Part shown: positions 38,017 through 47,203 of the stretch, piece after piece
Layout of the letters: the number at the start of each line of letters is the position of its first letter
Numbering within the stretch: the first letter of the stretch is position 1
Assembly: GCA_963847295.1 (NCBI GenBank)
Contig: CAWJZG010000011.1
Span: forward strand, 2,639-66,638
DNA: 64,000 nt
Direction of reading: 5' to 3'
Source: an uncultured Verrucomicrobiae bacterium
GTDB lineage: Bacteria > Verrucomicrobiota > Verrucomicrobiia > Chthoniobacterales > Terrimicrobiaceae
Notes under the pieces: model-generated
The model's input: only the letters and a program-made list of their open reading frames with translations
What the model was told of the DNA's origin: nothing
The model's database searches: none
Translations under genes and position numbers: made by a program

Positions 38017-38537
38017 ACGAGTCCTTTCTTAAGACCCATCTCGAATCCATCTGGGCGCCTTGGCGCGTCGAGTATTTCCGCGCGGAACACCAAGCCGGAT
38101 CCGATTTCCTTAGCGAAGCCGCGCAAGCCGATGACGACGCCGCCCATCTCGTCGTCACTCGCCGCAAGGCCGCGTTTCTCCTCATGAACAAGTATCCGTA
38201 TTCGGCAGGGCATTTGATGGCAGTGCCCTATCGCAAGGTCTCCGAGATGACTGAGCTCACCGATGACGAGGTGCTTGAAGTTTGGCATCTCTGCATTCAT
38301 GCCCAGCGCTTGCTCAAGGAGTGCGTCAAAGCTCAAGGGTTTAATATCGGCTGGAATTTGGGAAAACCCGCGGGCGCAGGAGTCCAGGACCATCTCCACC
38401 TGCATATCGTCCCACGCTGGGTGGGTGATGCGAATTTCATGACGGTTGTCGGCGGCGCCCGCATCATCCCCGAAGCGTTGCATCCGCTTTATGAACGTCT
38501 GAAAGCCGCACAAGATCAGTTTGGCGCTGAGCTCTGA
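38013..38537 (+). CDS. HIT family nucleotide hydrolase/phosphorylase
   Basis: ATG overlaps the cyclase stop as ATGA. NKYPYSAGHLMAVP..VQDHLHLHIVPRW (histidine triad). Confidence 0.85.
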   Translation: MNESFLKTHLESIWAPWRVEYFRAEHQAGSDFLSEAAQADDDAAHLVVTRRKAAFLLMNKYPYSAGHLMAVPYRKVSEMTELTDDEVLEVWHLCIHAQRLLKECVKAQGFNIGWNLGKPAGAGVQDHLHLHIVPRWVGDANFMTVVGGARIIPEALHPLYERLKAAQDQFGAEL

Positions 38538-38585
38538 ATTCTCGATCACTCCCGCGCCAAGCTTCTCTTCGCGCTGAGAACCCCG

Positions 38586-39764
38586 ATGACTTCGGAACCC
38601 TCCTCGGTCTTCGATGTCATAGTTGTGGGGGGCGGAGCGGCCGGGATGATGTGCGCACTGACCGCTGGGCAACGCGGGCGCCGAGTGGCCCTGCTGGAGC
38701 AAAATGATCGTGCAGGCAAGAAGATCGCGATATCCGGCGGAGGACGCTGCAACTTCACGAATATCCACGCCGGACCCGACAATTTTCTTTCGAAGAATCG
38801 CGACTTCTGCCGATCGGCGCTGGCGCGATACACGCCTTGGGACTTCATCGGCCTCGTTGAAAGTCACGGGATTGCCTATCACGAAAAGAAGCTCGGCCAG
38901 CAATTCTGCAACGGCAGTTCCCGCGCGATCATTGCGATGCTGCTCGAGGAGTGCCGTGCGGCAAAGACGCATATCCGCTGCAGCTGCCACGTGACGGAGG
39001 TGCGAAAATCGGATCGCTTTCACCTCAAGACAAACACAGGGAGCCTCGTCTGCGATTCGCTGGTCGTCGCCACCGGTGGATTGTCCTTTGCCAAGCTTGG
39101 GGCGACGGACTTTGGATATCGCACGGCCGCTCAGTTCGGATTGCGCGTGACGGAGCTGCGGCCCGGCCTGGTGCCTCTGACCTTTCATGACGAGGAAAGG
39201 GCGAGTTTTCAAATGCTCAGCGGCGTTGCATTGCCGGTCATTGCCCGCGCCGGCGGCGCGTCATTCAATGAAGCCATGCTCTTCACCCATCGGGGTTTGA
39301 GCGGCCCCGCGATCCTGCAGATTTCATCGTATTTGAGGGACCACGAAGCAGTGTCCTTTGATCTCCTTCCGGAGACTAAGGATTCAGGCTTGCTCTCCGC
39401 CGAACGTATTCCGAACGCAGTCGCACTGCTCAGCCGTCACTGGCCACGCCGATTCGTGGAAGTATGGATCCGGCGCCACGCTTCGGATAAGCCCTTGTCA
39501 CACTACAACGCCCGGGAGCTCTGCGACCTCGACAAACTGCTTCACCATTGGCCTCTTACATTCTCAGGCACCGAGGGTTATCCGAAAGCCGAGGTCACTC
39601 TTGGCGGAGTCGACACCAGTGAACTCTCCTCCAAAAGCATGGAATCCCGAAGCGTGCGCGGCCTTTTCTTTATCGGGGAAGTCGTCGATGTGACCGGCTG
39701 GCTCGGCGGATACAATTTCCAGTGGGCCTGGGCTAGTGGGAATGCGGCGGGATTGGTTGCCTAG
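38586..39764 (+). CDS. HI0933/YhiN-like (BaiN-type) NAD(P)/FAD-dependent flavoprotein
   Basis: DVIVVGGGAAGMMCA..AGKKIAISGGGRCNFTN..GEVVDVTGWLGGYNFQWAW. Confidence 0.85.
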   Translation: MTSEPSSVFDVIVVGGGAAGMMCALTAGQRGRRVALLEQNDRAGKKIAISGGGRCNFTNIHAGPDNFLSKNRDFCRSALARYTPWDFIGLVESHGIAYHEKKLGQQFCNGSSRAIIAMLLEECRAAKTHIRCSCHVTEVRKSDRFHLKTNTGSLVCDSLVVATGGLSFAKLGATDFGYRTAAQFGLRVTELRPGLVPLTFHDEERASFQMLSGVALPVIARAGGASFNEAMLFTHRGLSGPAILQISSYLRDHEAVSFDLLPETKDSGLLSAERIPNAVALLSRHWPRRFVEVWIRRHASDKPLSHYNARELCDLDKLLHHWPLTFSGTEGYPKAEVTLGGVDTSELSSKSMESRSVRGLFFIGEVVDVTGWLGGYNFQWAWASGNAAGLVA

Positions 39765-39790
39765 GAACCGTTCATCGCTAAAGTTTCTCA

Positions 39791-40246
39791 ATGAGTTCTT
39801 GCCGCATTCGTGACGCCGAGCGCAATGCTGCCCTGGCCGAGGTGCGTGTTGTTTACTCCGATCTGGCCGCGCGGCCGATTGATCGCCGATGCACGCTGCG
39901 CACGGAATGCTGTCACTTCAAGCTGACCGGGCTGACTCCGTTTCTGACCAAGGGAGAAGCGCTCGTTGCCGCGAAAGCCTTGCGGGCTTCGGGACGCCGG
40001 AAGCTTCCGGATCGCAAGGACGGGGCGTGCCCCTTTCTGGATCCGAAGACTTTGCGCTGCCTCATTTATCAGGCGCGTCCTTTTGGCTGTCGCACCCATT
40101 TCTGCGAAGCCGCGGGAGGACCCTATTCGCGGCGAGAGGTTCTCGACTTGATTCGGCGGCTCGAACGCGTTGATGCGGAGCTTGGGGGCAACGGCCCTCG
40201 TCCTCTACCTGACGCCATAGACGAGGGCTTGCGGATGCTGGCTTAG
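39791..40246 (+). CDS. YkgJ-family cysteine-cluster (zinc/iron-chelating) protein
   Basis: C..ECCHF..GACPFLD..CLIYQARPFGCRTHFC. Confidence 0.75.
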   Translation: MSSCRIRDAERNAALAEVRVVYSDLAARPIDRRCTLRTECCHFKLTGLTPFLTKGEALVAAKALRASGRRKLPDRKDGACPFLDPKTLRCLIYQARPFGCRTHFCEAAGGPYSRREVLDLIRRLERVDAELGGNGPRPLPDAIDEGLRMLA

Positions 40247-40271
40247 CGCGCTAAATTCCGCGCCTTTTGCC

Positions 40272-42216
40272 ATGCTCACGGTTTCGCAGCTGACCAAATC
40301 ATACGCGGGACGCGTTCTTTTCGAGGACGCGGCGCTGCAAATTAATGCGGGCGACCGCGTTGGCCTGATCGGACCCAACGGTGCGGGCAAGTCCACGCTC
40401 TTTTCGCTCATTCTTCGTGAAATCTCCCCGGATGCCGGGACGATCTCGCTTCCGCGGGGAGTCAGTTTGGGCTTCCTTCCGCAAGAAAGCGCACCCAGCG
40501 GCGGCGAAACCGTTCTTGAGCTGGCCATGGCAATTTCCAAGAGCTTCGTCGAAGTGCAGAAGGCGCTGCGCGAAAACCCTGATGAAAGCTCGGACGAGCA
40601 TCATGAAGCCATCGCGCGATATGTCGAGCTGGACGGTTACAACCTTGAGGCGAAAGCCAAGCGTATCCTTGCCGGACTGGCCTTCCGCGAAGGCGACTTC
40701 GACCGACAGGCTCGATCGATGTCCGGCGGATGGATCATGCGGGCCCATCTCGCCCGACTGCTCGTGATGGAGCCGGACCTGCTCATGCTCGATGAACCGA
40801 CAAATCACCTCGATCTCGAATCTCTCGGATGGTTTCAGAATTACCTCAAAATTTACCCGGGAGCGATCCTGGCGATCTCTCACGATCGCGCATTTCTCAA
40901 CGCCATTTGCCGGAATATTGTGGAAATCTCCCGCCAGCGCCTCCAACGCTACACTGGCAACTACGACGATTTTCTGTCGCAAAAACGCGCCCGAGAGGAA
41001 CACCACCTCGCCGCCTATAAGAATCAGCAGCGCGAAATCGCGCACCTCGAGGAGTTCGTCAACCGCTTTCGTGCCAAGGCGAGCAAAGCCTCTCAGGCGC
41101 AGGAACGGCTCAAACGTCTGGAAAAGATGGATCGCCTCGAAGCACCGCAAGGCAGGGAGGCGACCGTCAAATTCAAGTTTCCTCAACCAGCGCGTGCCGG
41201 CCTGCGCGTGATGAGACTGGAGCGCGTGCTACAAGCCTACGGAGATCATACCGTCTATGAAAATCTCAACCTCACGATGGAGCGCGGCCAGCGCACGGTC
41301 CTGGTCGGCCCGAACGGGGCCGGCAAATCGACCCTCCTAAAAATCCTCGCCGGGCTTGTTCACATCCAGGCAGGTGAGCGCTTGCCGGGTCATAATGTCA
41401 GCATCGGCTATTTCGCGCAGCATAGGGCAGACACCCTCGATGAAAGACGCACCGTGCTTGAGGAGGCGGTGGCGGATGCGGTAAACATCGGAGAGCAAGT
41501 TGCTCGCACTGTCCTCGGTTCATTTCTCTTCCGCGGTGATGATGTCTTTAAGAACGTCGCTGTGCTGAGCGGCGGTGAGAAAAGCCGTCTTGCGCTCGTG
41601 AAGATCCTGCTCCAGCCGCCCAACTTGCTGCTTCTGGATGAGCCGACCACGCATCTCGACATGCCGAGCATCGATGCGTTTATCCAGGCTCTCCAGCAAT
41701 ACGAGGGTATCTCTCGTCTTCATCAGCCATGACGTGCACTTCATCCGCTCCATCGCCAGCACTGTCCTTCACATCGACGCGGGACACCTCACGCCCTACG
41801 CGGGCGAATACGACTATTACCTCGAGAAGTCCCAGGCAACCTCCGAACGCGACGCATTGATAGCCCCGTTAGCCAAAGGCAATGAGCGAATCAAACAATC
41901 TGCTCTTCCAGAGCGCAGACACGGCCTCCGGGAGATCCGCGAGCGCCGCAAGGCGGACGCCGAACTTAAGCAGGCATCCACAAGGGAGCGCCGTGCGCGA
42001 GAGAAGGATCTCGGCAGATTGGAGGCCACAATCCTAAGGCTCGAAACGAAACAAAGGGAGCTTGCAATGCAACTGGAGCATCCTGATCTCTACGACGACG
42101 CGGCGAGGCCGCTTGCACTCCACCGCGAGCTTTCGGCGGTGACCTTAGAGTTGGAAATGGCGAACGCCGCCTGGAACAAAGCCGCAGACTTGCTGAGCAC
42201 GCCGGCGGATGCCTAG
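40272..42216 (+). pseudogene. ABC-F type ATPase (two ABC domains) interrupted by a +1 frameshift at about 41709. This may be a true frameshift or a sequence error.
   Basis: GPNGAGKSTL occurs twice and LSGGEKSRL is present. Frame 1 ends ..LQQYEG-ISRLHQP*. Frame 2 continues SLVFISHDVHFIRSIA..AGEYDYYLEK plus a charged coiled C-terminal arm. Confidence 0.8.
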
Positions 42217-42385
42217 ACCGCATATCTCACCCTCTGGCGGCCCATCTTGCTAATCATTTGGCCGCCGGCGGATTCGTCCTCCCGCACCATATCAACTTGG
42301 ATATGCCTTGGTCGTCCTCACCCTCTGGCGACCAAAGCATTACGCAATCTGAACCACCCGAGTGTGAGATAAGCGGGCTAGACCG

Positions 42386-42787
42386 TCACCCATCGCTGCC
42401 CCGCATGCAACGCGCGCGACTTCGGATCCGACGCGCCGCGAATCCCATCAGCGTAATGGCAAACGACATGCCCGCAGCCTGCCACGGCGTGAAAGGCGTC
42501 GCCCACCAAAGGGCGGTCCCGAGCAACGTTGCCGTTGCCACGCCACCGAGAAAGCCTTCCCAAGTCTTGTTAGGACTCACCGCCGGGGCTATCTTGTGTT
42601 TGCCGAGGGTTTTTCCCCAGATGTACTGCAAAACGTCGCTCGCCTGCACCACCAGGACGAAATAAAGAAGCAACTTCCCGTTCTTTCCTTCGAAACCGGG
42701 TATCTCCAAGGTTAAGAGCGCCGGGGCGTGGCTGACGCAGTAGACACAAATCATCAGCGCCCATTGGATCGTGGCAGTCCGTTCCAA
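42386..42787 (-). pseudogene. CdsA/YnbB-like phosphatidate cytidylyltransferase fragment (N-terminal ~150 aa missing, C-terminus frameshifted)
   Basis: ..VVQASDVLQYIWGKTLGKHKIAPAVSPNKTWEGFLGG..ITLMGFA, then out-of-frame text instead of the ..KRD.G.KD.G....GHGG.LDR.DS motif. Confidence 0.5.
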
Positions 42788-42799
42788 GAAGCGCTCGCA

Positions 42800-43163
42800 A
42801 TCTCCGCTCAGGAGTATTCATCTCACTCATCGAGCAAGCGTTATCTTCGGCCATCGAGCCTGTCCACACTCCACCCTCCAGCTGCGCTGCCAAAATACGC
42901 TCGCAGCCCTCGCCTCCGCCCTCAACACGAAACCGCAAACGAGTTTTTGCCGCATATGCGACAAAGATTGCCGCCAAGGGATAACCCGACGTTTGCGCGA
43001 GGACAGCGTCAGACCCGAGCCCGTCTCTTGCGCTGCGCGCGCCGGCAACGCGACCGCGGCCGCGAGAAGGTCGCCGTTAACTCCATGGCACATAACTGCC
43101 GGCCTGCTTCGGCGGGCCGGGCAGCGTGAGACCGAGTTCCTTCAAGCGCCGTTCGATGCTCAT
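42800..43163 (-). pseudogene. RidA/YjgF-like protein, heavily decayed (at least 3 frameshifts)
   Basis: ATG 43163 gives MSIERRLKELGLTLPGPPKQAGSYVPW then a stop. Recognisable pieces follow in other frames: NGDLL.., GYPLAAIFVAYAAK, KLVCGFV, YFGSAAGG, GSMAE. Confidence 0.5.
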
Positions 43164-43254
43164 GCTGAAAGTCTTGTTTGGGCGCGGACCCGAAAAGTCG
43201 CTTCCCGCTTACAATGACACCAGTAGCTTGTAGATCCGTCGCTGGACTCGATGC

Positions 43255-44790
43255 CTATCTGTTTGTGCTGAGAAGCGCATCGACGCGTTTGCGCACGGCT
43301 TCGTCCATGCCAATGAGCGGCGGCCAGCGGCGTTGAAAGCCTTCACCGGGAAGTTTCTTCGTTGCGTCTATGCCAAGTTTGCTGCCGATAGCGATTTCGC
43401 TCGTGGCATGGTCAAGCACATCAGAGGGTCCCTTGGTAAAGATGCTGTCGCGCCTTGGGTCAGTATTGGCACAAAGACGGAAGAGAACGTCGCTCGTGCT
43501 GTGCACATTCACGTCGTGATCCACCACGATGACGTATTTCGTAAACATCATCTGCCCCATCCCCCAGAGGCCGTGCATAATCTTGTAGGCCTGCATCGGG
43601 TAGGTCTTTTTAATGCTGACGAAAACAAGGTTGTGGAAAACGCCCTCGGCCGGAAGCGCGATATCCACGATTTCGGGAAAGTTCATTTTGAAGACGGGCA
43701 GGAACAGTTTCACCGAGGCACTGCCCATGTAGAAATCCTCCATTGGCGGGATGCCGACAATGGTTGCCGGATAGACGGCATCCCTGCGATGTGTGATGGC
43801 CGTGATATGAAAGACGGGATAAAGCTCAGGCAGAGTGTAGTAGCCTGTGTGATCTCCGAACGGTCCTTCCTCGCGAAGCGGTTCGCGCGGATCGACGTAG
43901 CCTTCGATAACAAAGTCCGCATTGGCGGGGACTTCGAGGTCACTGGTCTCGCACTTTACGAGCTCGATGGATTTTTTGCGCAGATAGCCGGCGAGTAAAA
44001 ATTCATCGAGTCCATCGGGCAGCGGCGCGGTGGCGGCAAAGGGAAACGCAGGATCGCCGCCAAGGAAGATTGCGACCGGCATGCGAGTACCCGTTTCGTA
44101 ATACCGGCGTCCGTGGCGTGCTCCAACCTTCTGAAGCTGCCAGTGCATGCCTGTGGTGCGCTCGTCGTAGATCTGAATGCGATACATTCCGACGTTGCGC
44201 TCCCCGGTGTCCGGGTCCTGAGTGACCACGCACGGCAGCGTGATGAAGCGTCCGCCATCGAGCGGCCAGCACTTGAGAATCGGGAGATTAAGAAGACTTG
44301 GGAGTCGAGAGCTGAAGGCGCGGGGATTCTTCCAGTCCGGCGCCGGAGGCCAGCCCTCAACTTTCAGCTCCTCGCTCTGAACTTTGTGAATGACCTCCTT
44401 GCACGGGCCGCTACTCACCCGTTTGGGTTTCGCGTGGCGCATCTCCAGCGCCGTGCCCAGCAATCTCAGCGTTTCCCGAAGGTTGGTAGGCGGCTTGGCC
44501 TTCATTAGCGCGCCGAGCCCGGCAGCGACGTCATCCACAGAGTCCGCGCCCATGCTCATGGCCATTCGCTTCCAGGAGCCCATCGTGTTGATCGCGACGG
44601 GAAACGGACTTATTTCGCCGTTGATCGTAGGTTTTTCGATCAAAATGGCTTTGCCGCCTGCCGGCGACTTCATCTCGCGGTTTGCGAGCTCGGTGATCTC
44701 GAGCTCGGTTGCCACGGGCTGGCTGATACGCATAAGTTCGCCGGCCCTGTCAAGCGCTTCGACAAAGTCCCGAAAGGAGGAGAAGGCCAT
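43255..44790 (-). CDS. UbiD-family (prenyl-FMN dependent) decarboxylase, menaquinone/ubiquinone-type
   Basis: Trimmed to ATG 44790. MAFSSFRDFVEALDRAGELMRISQPV..GGRFITLP..TGERNVGMYR..GPFGDHTGYY. Confidence 0.85.
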   Translation of the reverse strand: MAFSSFRDFVEALDRAGELMRISQPVATELEITELANREMKSPAGGKAILIEKPTINGEISPFPVAINTMGSWKRMAMSMGADSVDDVAAGLGALMKAKPPTNLRETLRLLGTALEMRHAKPKRVSSGPCKEVIHKVQSEELKVEGWPPAPDWKNPRAFSSRLPSLLNLPILKCWPLDGGRFITLPCVVTQDPDTGERNVGMYRIQIYDERTTGMHWQLQKVGARHGRRYYETGTRMPVAIFLGGDPAFPFAATAPLPDGLDEFLLAGYLRKKSIELVKCETSDLEVPANADFVIEGYVDPREPLREEGPFGDHTGYYTLPELYPVFHITAITHRRDAVYPATIVGIPPMEDFYMGSASVKLFLPVFKMNFPEIVDIALPAEGVFHNLVFVSIKKTYPMQAYKIMHGLWGMGQMMFTKYVIVVDHDVNVHSTSDVLFRLCANTDPRRDSIFTKGPSDVLDHATSEIAIGSKLGIDATKKLPGEGFQRRWPPLIGMDEAVRKRVDALLSTNR

Positions 44791-44791
44791 A

Positions 44792-46324
44792 TCAGACCGC
44801 TGAGACCGGATGACCGATCGGCGTAGAGCTCGTCGCCGGCAGGGAGAGGCTGCGCAGTTCGGCACGCAACCAGATCCTCGCGCCGCGCAAGATCAGCTTC
44901 CAAACGTGCCGATTCGGTTCGAAACCTTTTAGCAATGTCCGTGAGTCCAGATTCATCGAGCCGTAGACACCGGCCGCCTTGCGCTTTTGCGCGATGCGCG
45001 CAAGGCGCTGATTGTAAAAGGCCATCAGGCGGCTGACGATCACCCCATCAAACGACCCTTCGAAGGGAAACTCCGTAAATCCCGCGCGCGGGCACCGAAG
45101 CACGCTGCGAACAGGACCAAAAAAAAATAACCCGAGATCCATGAGAAAGGCAGCGCTCATCAACTCCTGGTCGCCCAGGTAATGGTACTTGTCCTTGTAA
45201 AGCGCCCTAAACCAGCCCCAAAACGAACGCGAAAACCGCTCATTCAGGTCTTTCAAATCGCAGCACTCTCCCCGACTTTCTCGTGTGATGCGGTCCACGG
45301 CGGAGGAGACTGTCCACGAACAATAATCGAGTCCCTGACTGTAAAGCGGATCCAAGAAAGAGGCTGCATCGCCAACGATCTGCCAGCCTGGCCCGGCAAT
45401 TCGTTCGGCATAGTAGGGAAGCGCCGAATACGCCTTGACGTCGCCTTCAATGTATTCGGCGTCCATGAAAATTTGCCTCCCGACGGGGTGCGTCAGCAAG
45501 TGCGCTTTCAACCTGTCGCCCAAGCGCGCGCATTCCGGCGGGCTGTAGAGACGTGAATCATAGACCAATCCAGCGCTGTAGTCCCCTCCCCGCAACGGAA
45601 TGATCCAGCACCACCAGCCGTAGCCTGTGAGATGGTTCGTTGCCGATGCCCGGCTGACCTGGCATGAACCGGCATAGCTCGGAAAGCGGCTCAGGAGATC
45701 ATAACCGTCCCAATCCTTCACATTGCGAAAACGCGCCCAAATCGCATTCGTAGGATGCTCGGGCAGACTGCGTAAGAGTTCCATCCGGCGTGCAAGCAAG
45801 GCCGCCCGACCGCTCGCATCGATCAACCAGCGGGTAAAGAGTTCGCGCTCTCCGCCGTTGTCGCGAACCATGAGACGGGAAGGACCGGCTTCTGAAACTT
45901 CGATCGAGACGACCTTTGCAGGACGCCAAACGTCCGCGCCGGCTTCTTTCGCGAGCGAGAGCACATGCTCATCGAGCACCTCGCGATCCACTTGATAAGA
46001 TGGCAAACGCACCTGATAATACGCTCCCAGCTCTCCGCACCGGTCAAAGTCATCTTCGGGTCCTCGCGAAAACCAGAAGCGCAAGCCGTTCTTTACAACA
46101 TGGTGATGGCAGAGGTGATGCGTAAGCGCCAGGCGTTTGGTAAGGAAACACCCGCTCACCTCTGTGGTCGCCTCGCCCACCTTGCGATCGAAGTGCGCCG
46201 ATCGTTCGATGACAACAACACGAAGATCGGGAGCTTCGCGTCGAAGCAGCAAAGCGGCTGCCGCTCCGGAAAACGCCCCACCTATCACGGCGACATCGTA
46301 ACTCTCCTGCATCCTTTCCTGCAT
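44792..46324 (-). CDS. FAD-dependent oxidoreductase with flavin-dependent-halogenase-like motifs
   Basis: Start at ATG 46324 or 46312. YDVAVIGGAFSGAAAA (GxGxxG), DRKVGEATTE, GYGWWCWIIPL (WxWxIP). Confidence 0.75.
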   Translation of the reverse strand: MQERMQESYDVAVIGGAFSGAAAALLLRREAPDLRVVVIERSAHFDRKVGEATTEVSGCFLTKRLALTHHLCHHHVVKNGLRFWFSRGPEDDFDRCGELGAYYQVRLPSYQVDREVLDEHVLSLAKEAGADVWRPAKVVSIEVSEAGPSRLMVRDNGGERELFTRWLIDASGRAALLARRMELLRSLPEHPTNAIWARFRNVKDWDGYDLLSRFPSYAGSCQVSRASATNHLTGYGWWCWIIPLRGGDYSAGLVYDSRLYSPPECARLGDRLKAHLLTHPVGRQIFMDAEYIEGDVKAYSALPYYAERIAGPGWQIVGDAASFLDPLYSQGLDYCSWTVSSAVDRITRESRGECCDLKDLNERFSRSFWGWFRALYKDKYHYLGDQELMSAAFLMDLGLFFFGPVRSVLRCPRAGFTEFPFEGSFDGVIVSRLMAFYNQRLARIAQKRKAAGVYGSMNLDSRTLLKGFEPNRHVWKLILRGARIWLRAELRSLSLPATSSTPIGHPVSAV

Positions 46325-46437
46325 AGACAACGAAACGAAAGCTGGCAAACAGTCTCCTTCAGGATGTACGAGAGCGATCGACGAAGATGTTGGAGAGGAT
46401 CGTTGCCATTCATCAAATAATGGAGAATCTTTGACGC

Positions 46438-47139
46438 ATGGCAATGGACATGCGCACTTGGCTTCTTGCGACGGCTTGCGCCACAACGCTATGCGCTCCC
46501 CTCCAGTCGCAGACGGACAACTCCGCGACCGGCGCAAAGCAGACGAACAGCTCTGCAAAGGCCGAAAAGAGCACGGTGACAAAGCTCGACGGAACAAGAC
46601 TCTTCGGATTCGTCGAGGTCACCGATGATTACACGATCCGCATTACGAATGATTCGGGAATCACCAGACTTCCGATCACCCAGCTTGGTGACGTTGACTT
46701 CCAAAAATACGGATTCCAGAAAGACCGGGCGAAAGACGGAAGGTTCTGGTACGAACGCAAGGAGGCGCTCAAGTCTTCCGAGGAAGATCCGAAATCTGAT
46801 GGAGATCAAGAATCTGGCCGTGAATCTCCCGTCGAGATCCGGCTGGGGGAAATCTCGGCATTTCAGCCCTTCATCGCTGCTTACGAAAAAACGCTTGCTT
46901 CCAAGAGCAGCGAAAAATCGATCGCGCCGAGCAAGCCCGAGGAAAAGTCCGACAAATCCGACATACCATTCCGGCCCATGTTTTCTGAACCGGGTTTGGG
47001 AGGTCCGCTTCCACAGCCTTTTTCGAGTTTAGGCAGTTCAGTGGTTCAGCCGGTATCGGCAATCCAGCCCGCAGTTCCCGGTGGAGGGCAGATTATCCAG
47101 TCGACCACAGGGGCTGCCGGATTGCCGTCGCCGCCGTAA
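46438..47139 (+). CDS. Hypothetical secreted protein
   Basis: ATG 46438. Signal peptide MAMDMRTWLLATACATTLCAPLQS and a low-complexity Ser/Glu/Lys/Pro-rich C-terminal half. No family recognised. Confidence 0.5.
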   Translation: MAMDMRTWLLATACATTLCAPLQSQTDNSATGAKQTNSSAKAEKSTVTKLDGTRLFGFVEVTDDYTIRITNDSGITRLPITQLGDVDFQKYGFQKDRAKDGRFWYERKEALKSSEEDPKSDGDQESGRESPVEIRLGEISAFQPFIAAYEKTLASKSSEKSIAPSKPEEKSDKSDIPFRPMFSEPGLGGPLPQPFSSLGSSVVQPVSAIQPAVPGGGQIIQSTTGAAGLPSPP

Positions 47140-47203
47140 CCGCATCTAGGATTTCTCAATTCCGATTTTTAAAGAGTTGGGGGGACTGTATAAACGATAC
47201 CGG

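Noticed and set aside
37911-39212. 433-aa minus-strand ORF spanning three plus-strand genes
   Set aside because: It overlaps the cyclase, HIT and flavoprotein genes, all of which have clear family motifs. Its own translation is Arg/Ala-rich with no motif.
41700-41732. Programmed +1 ribosomal frameshift in the ABC-F gene
   Set aside because: There is no slippery or shifty-stop context and no known precedent for this family. An indel, whether real or a sequencing error, is the simpler explanation.
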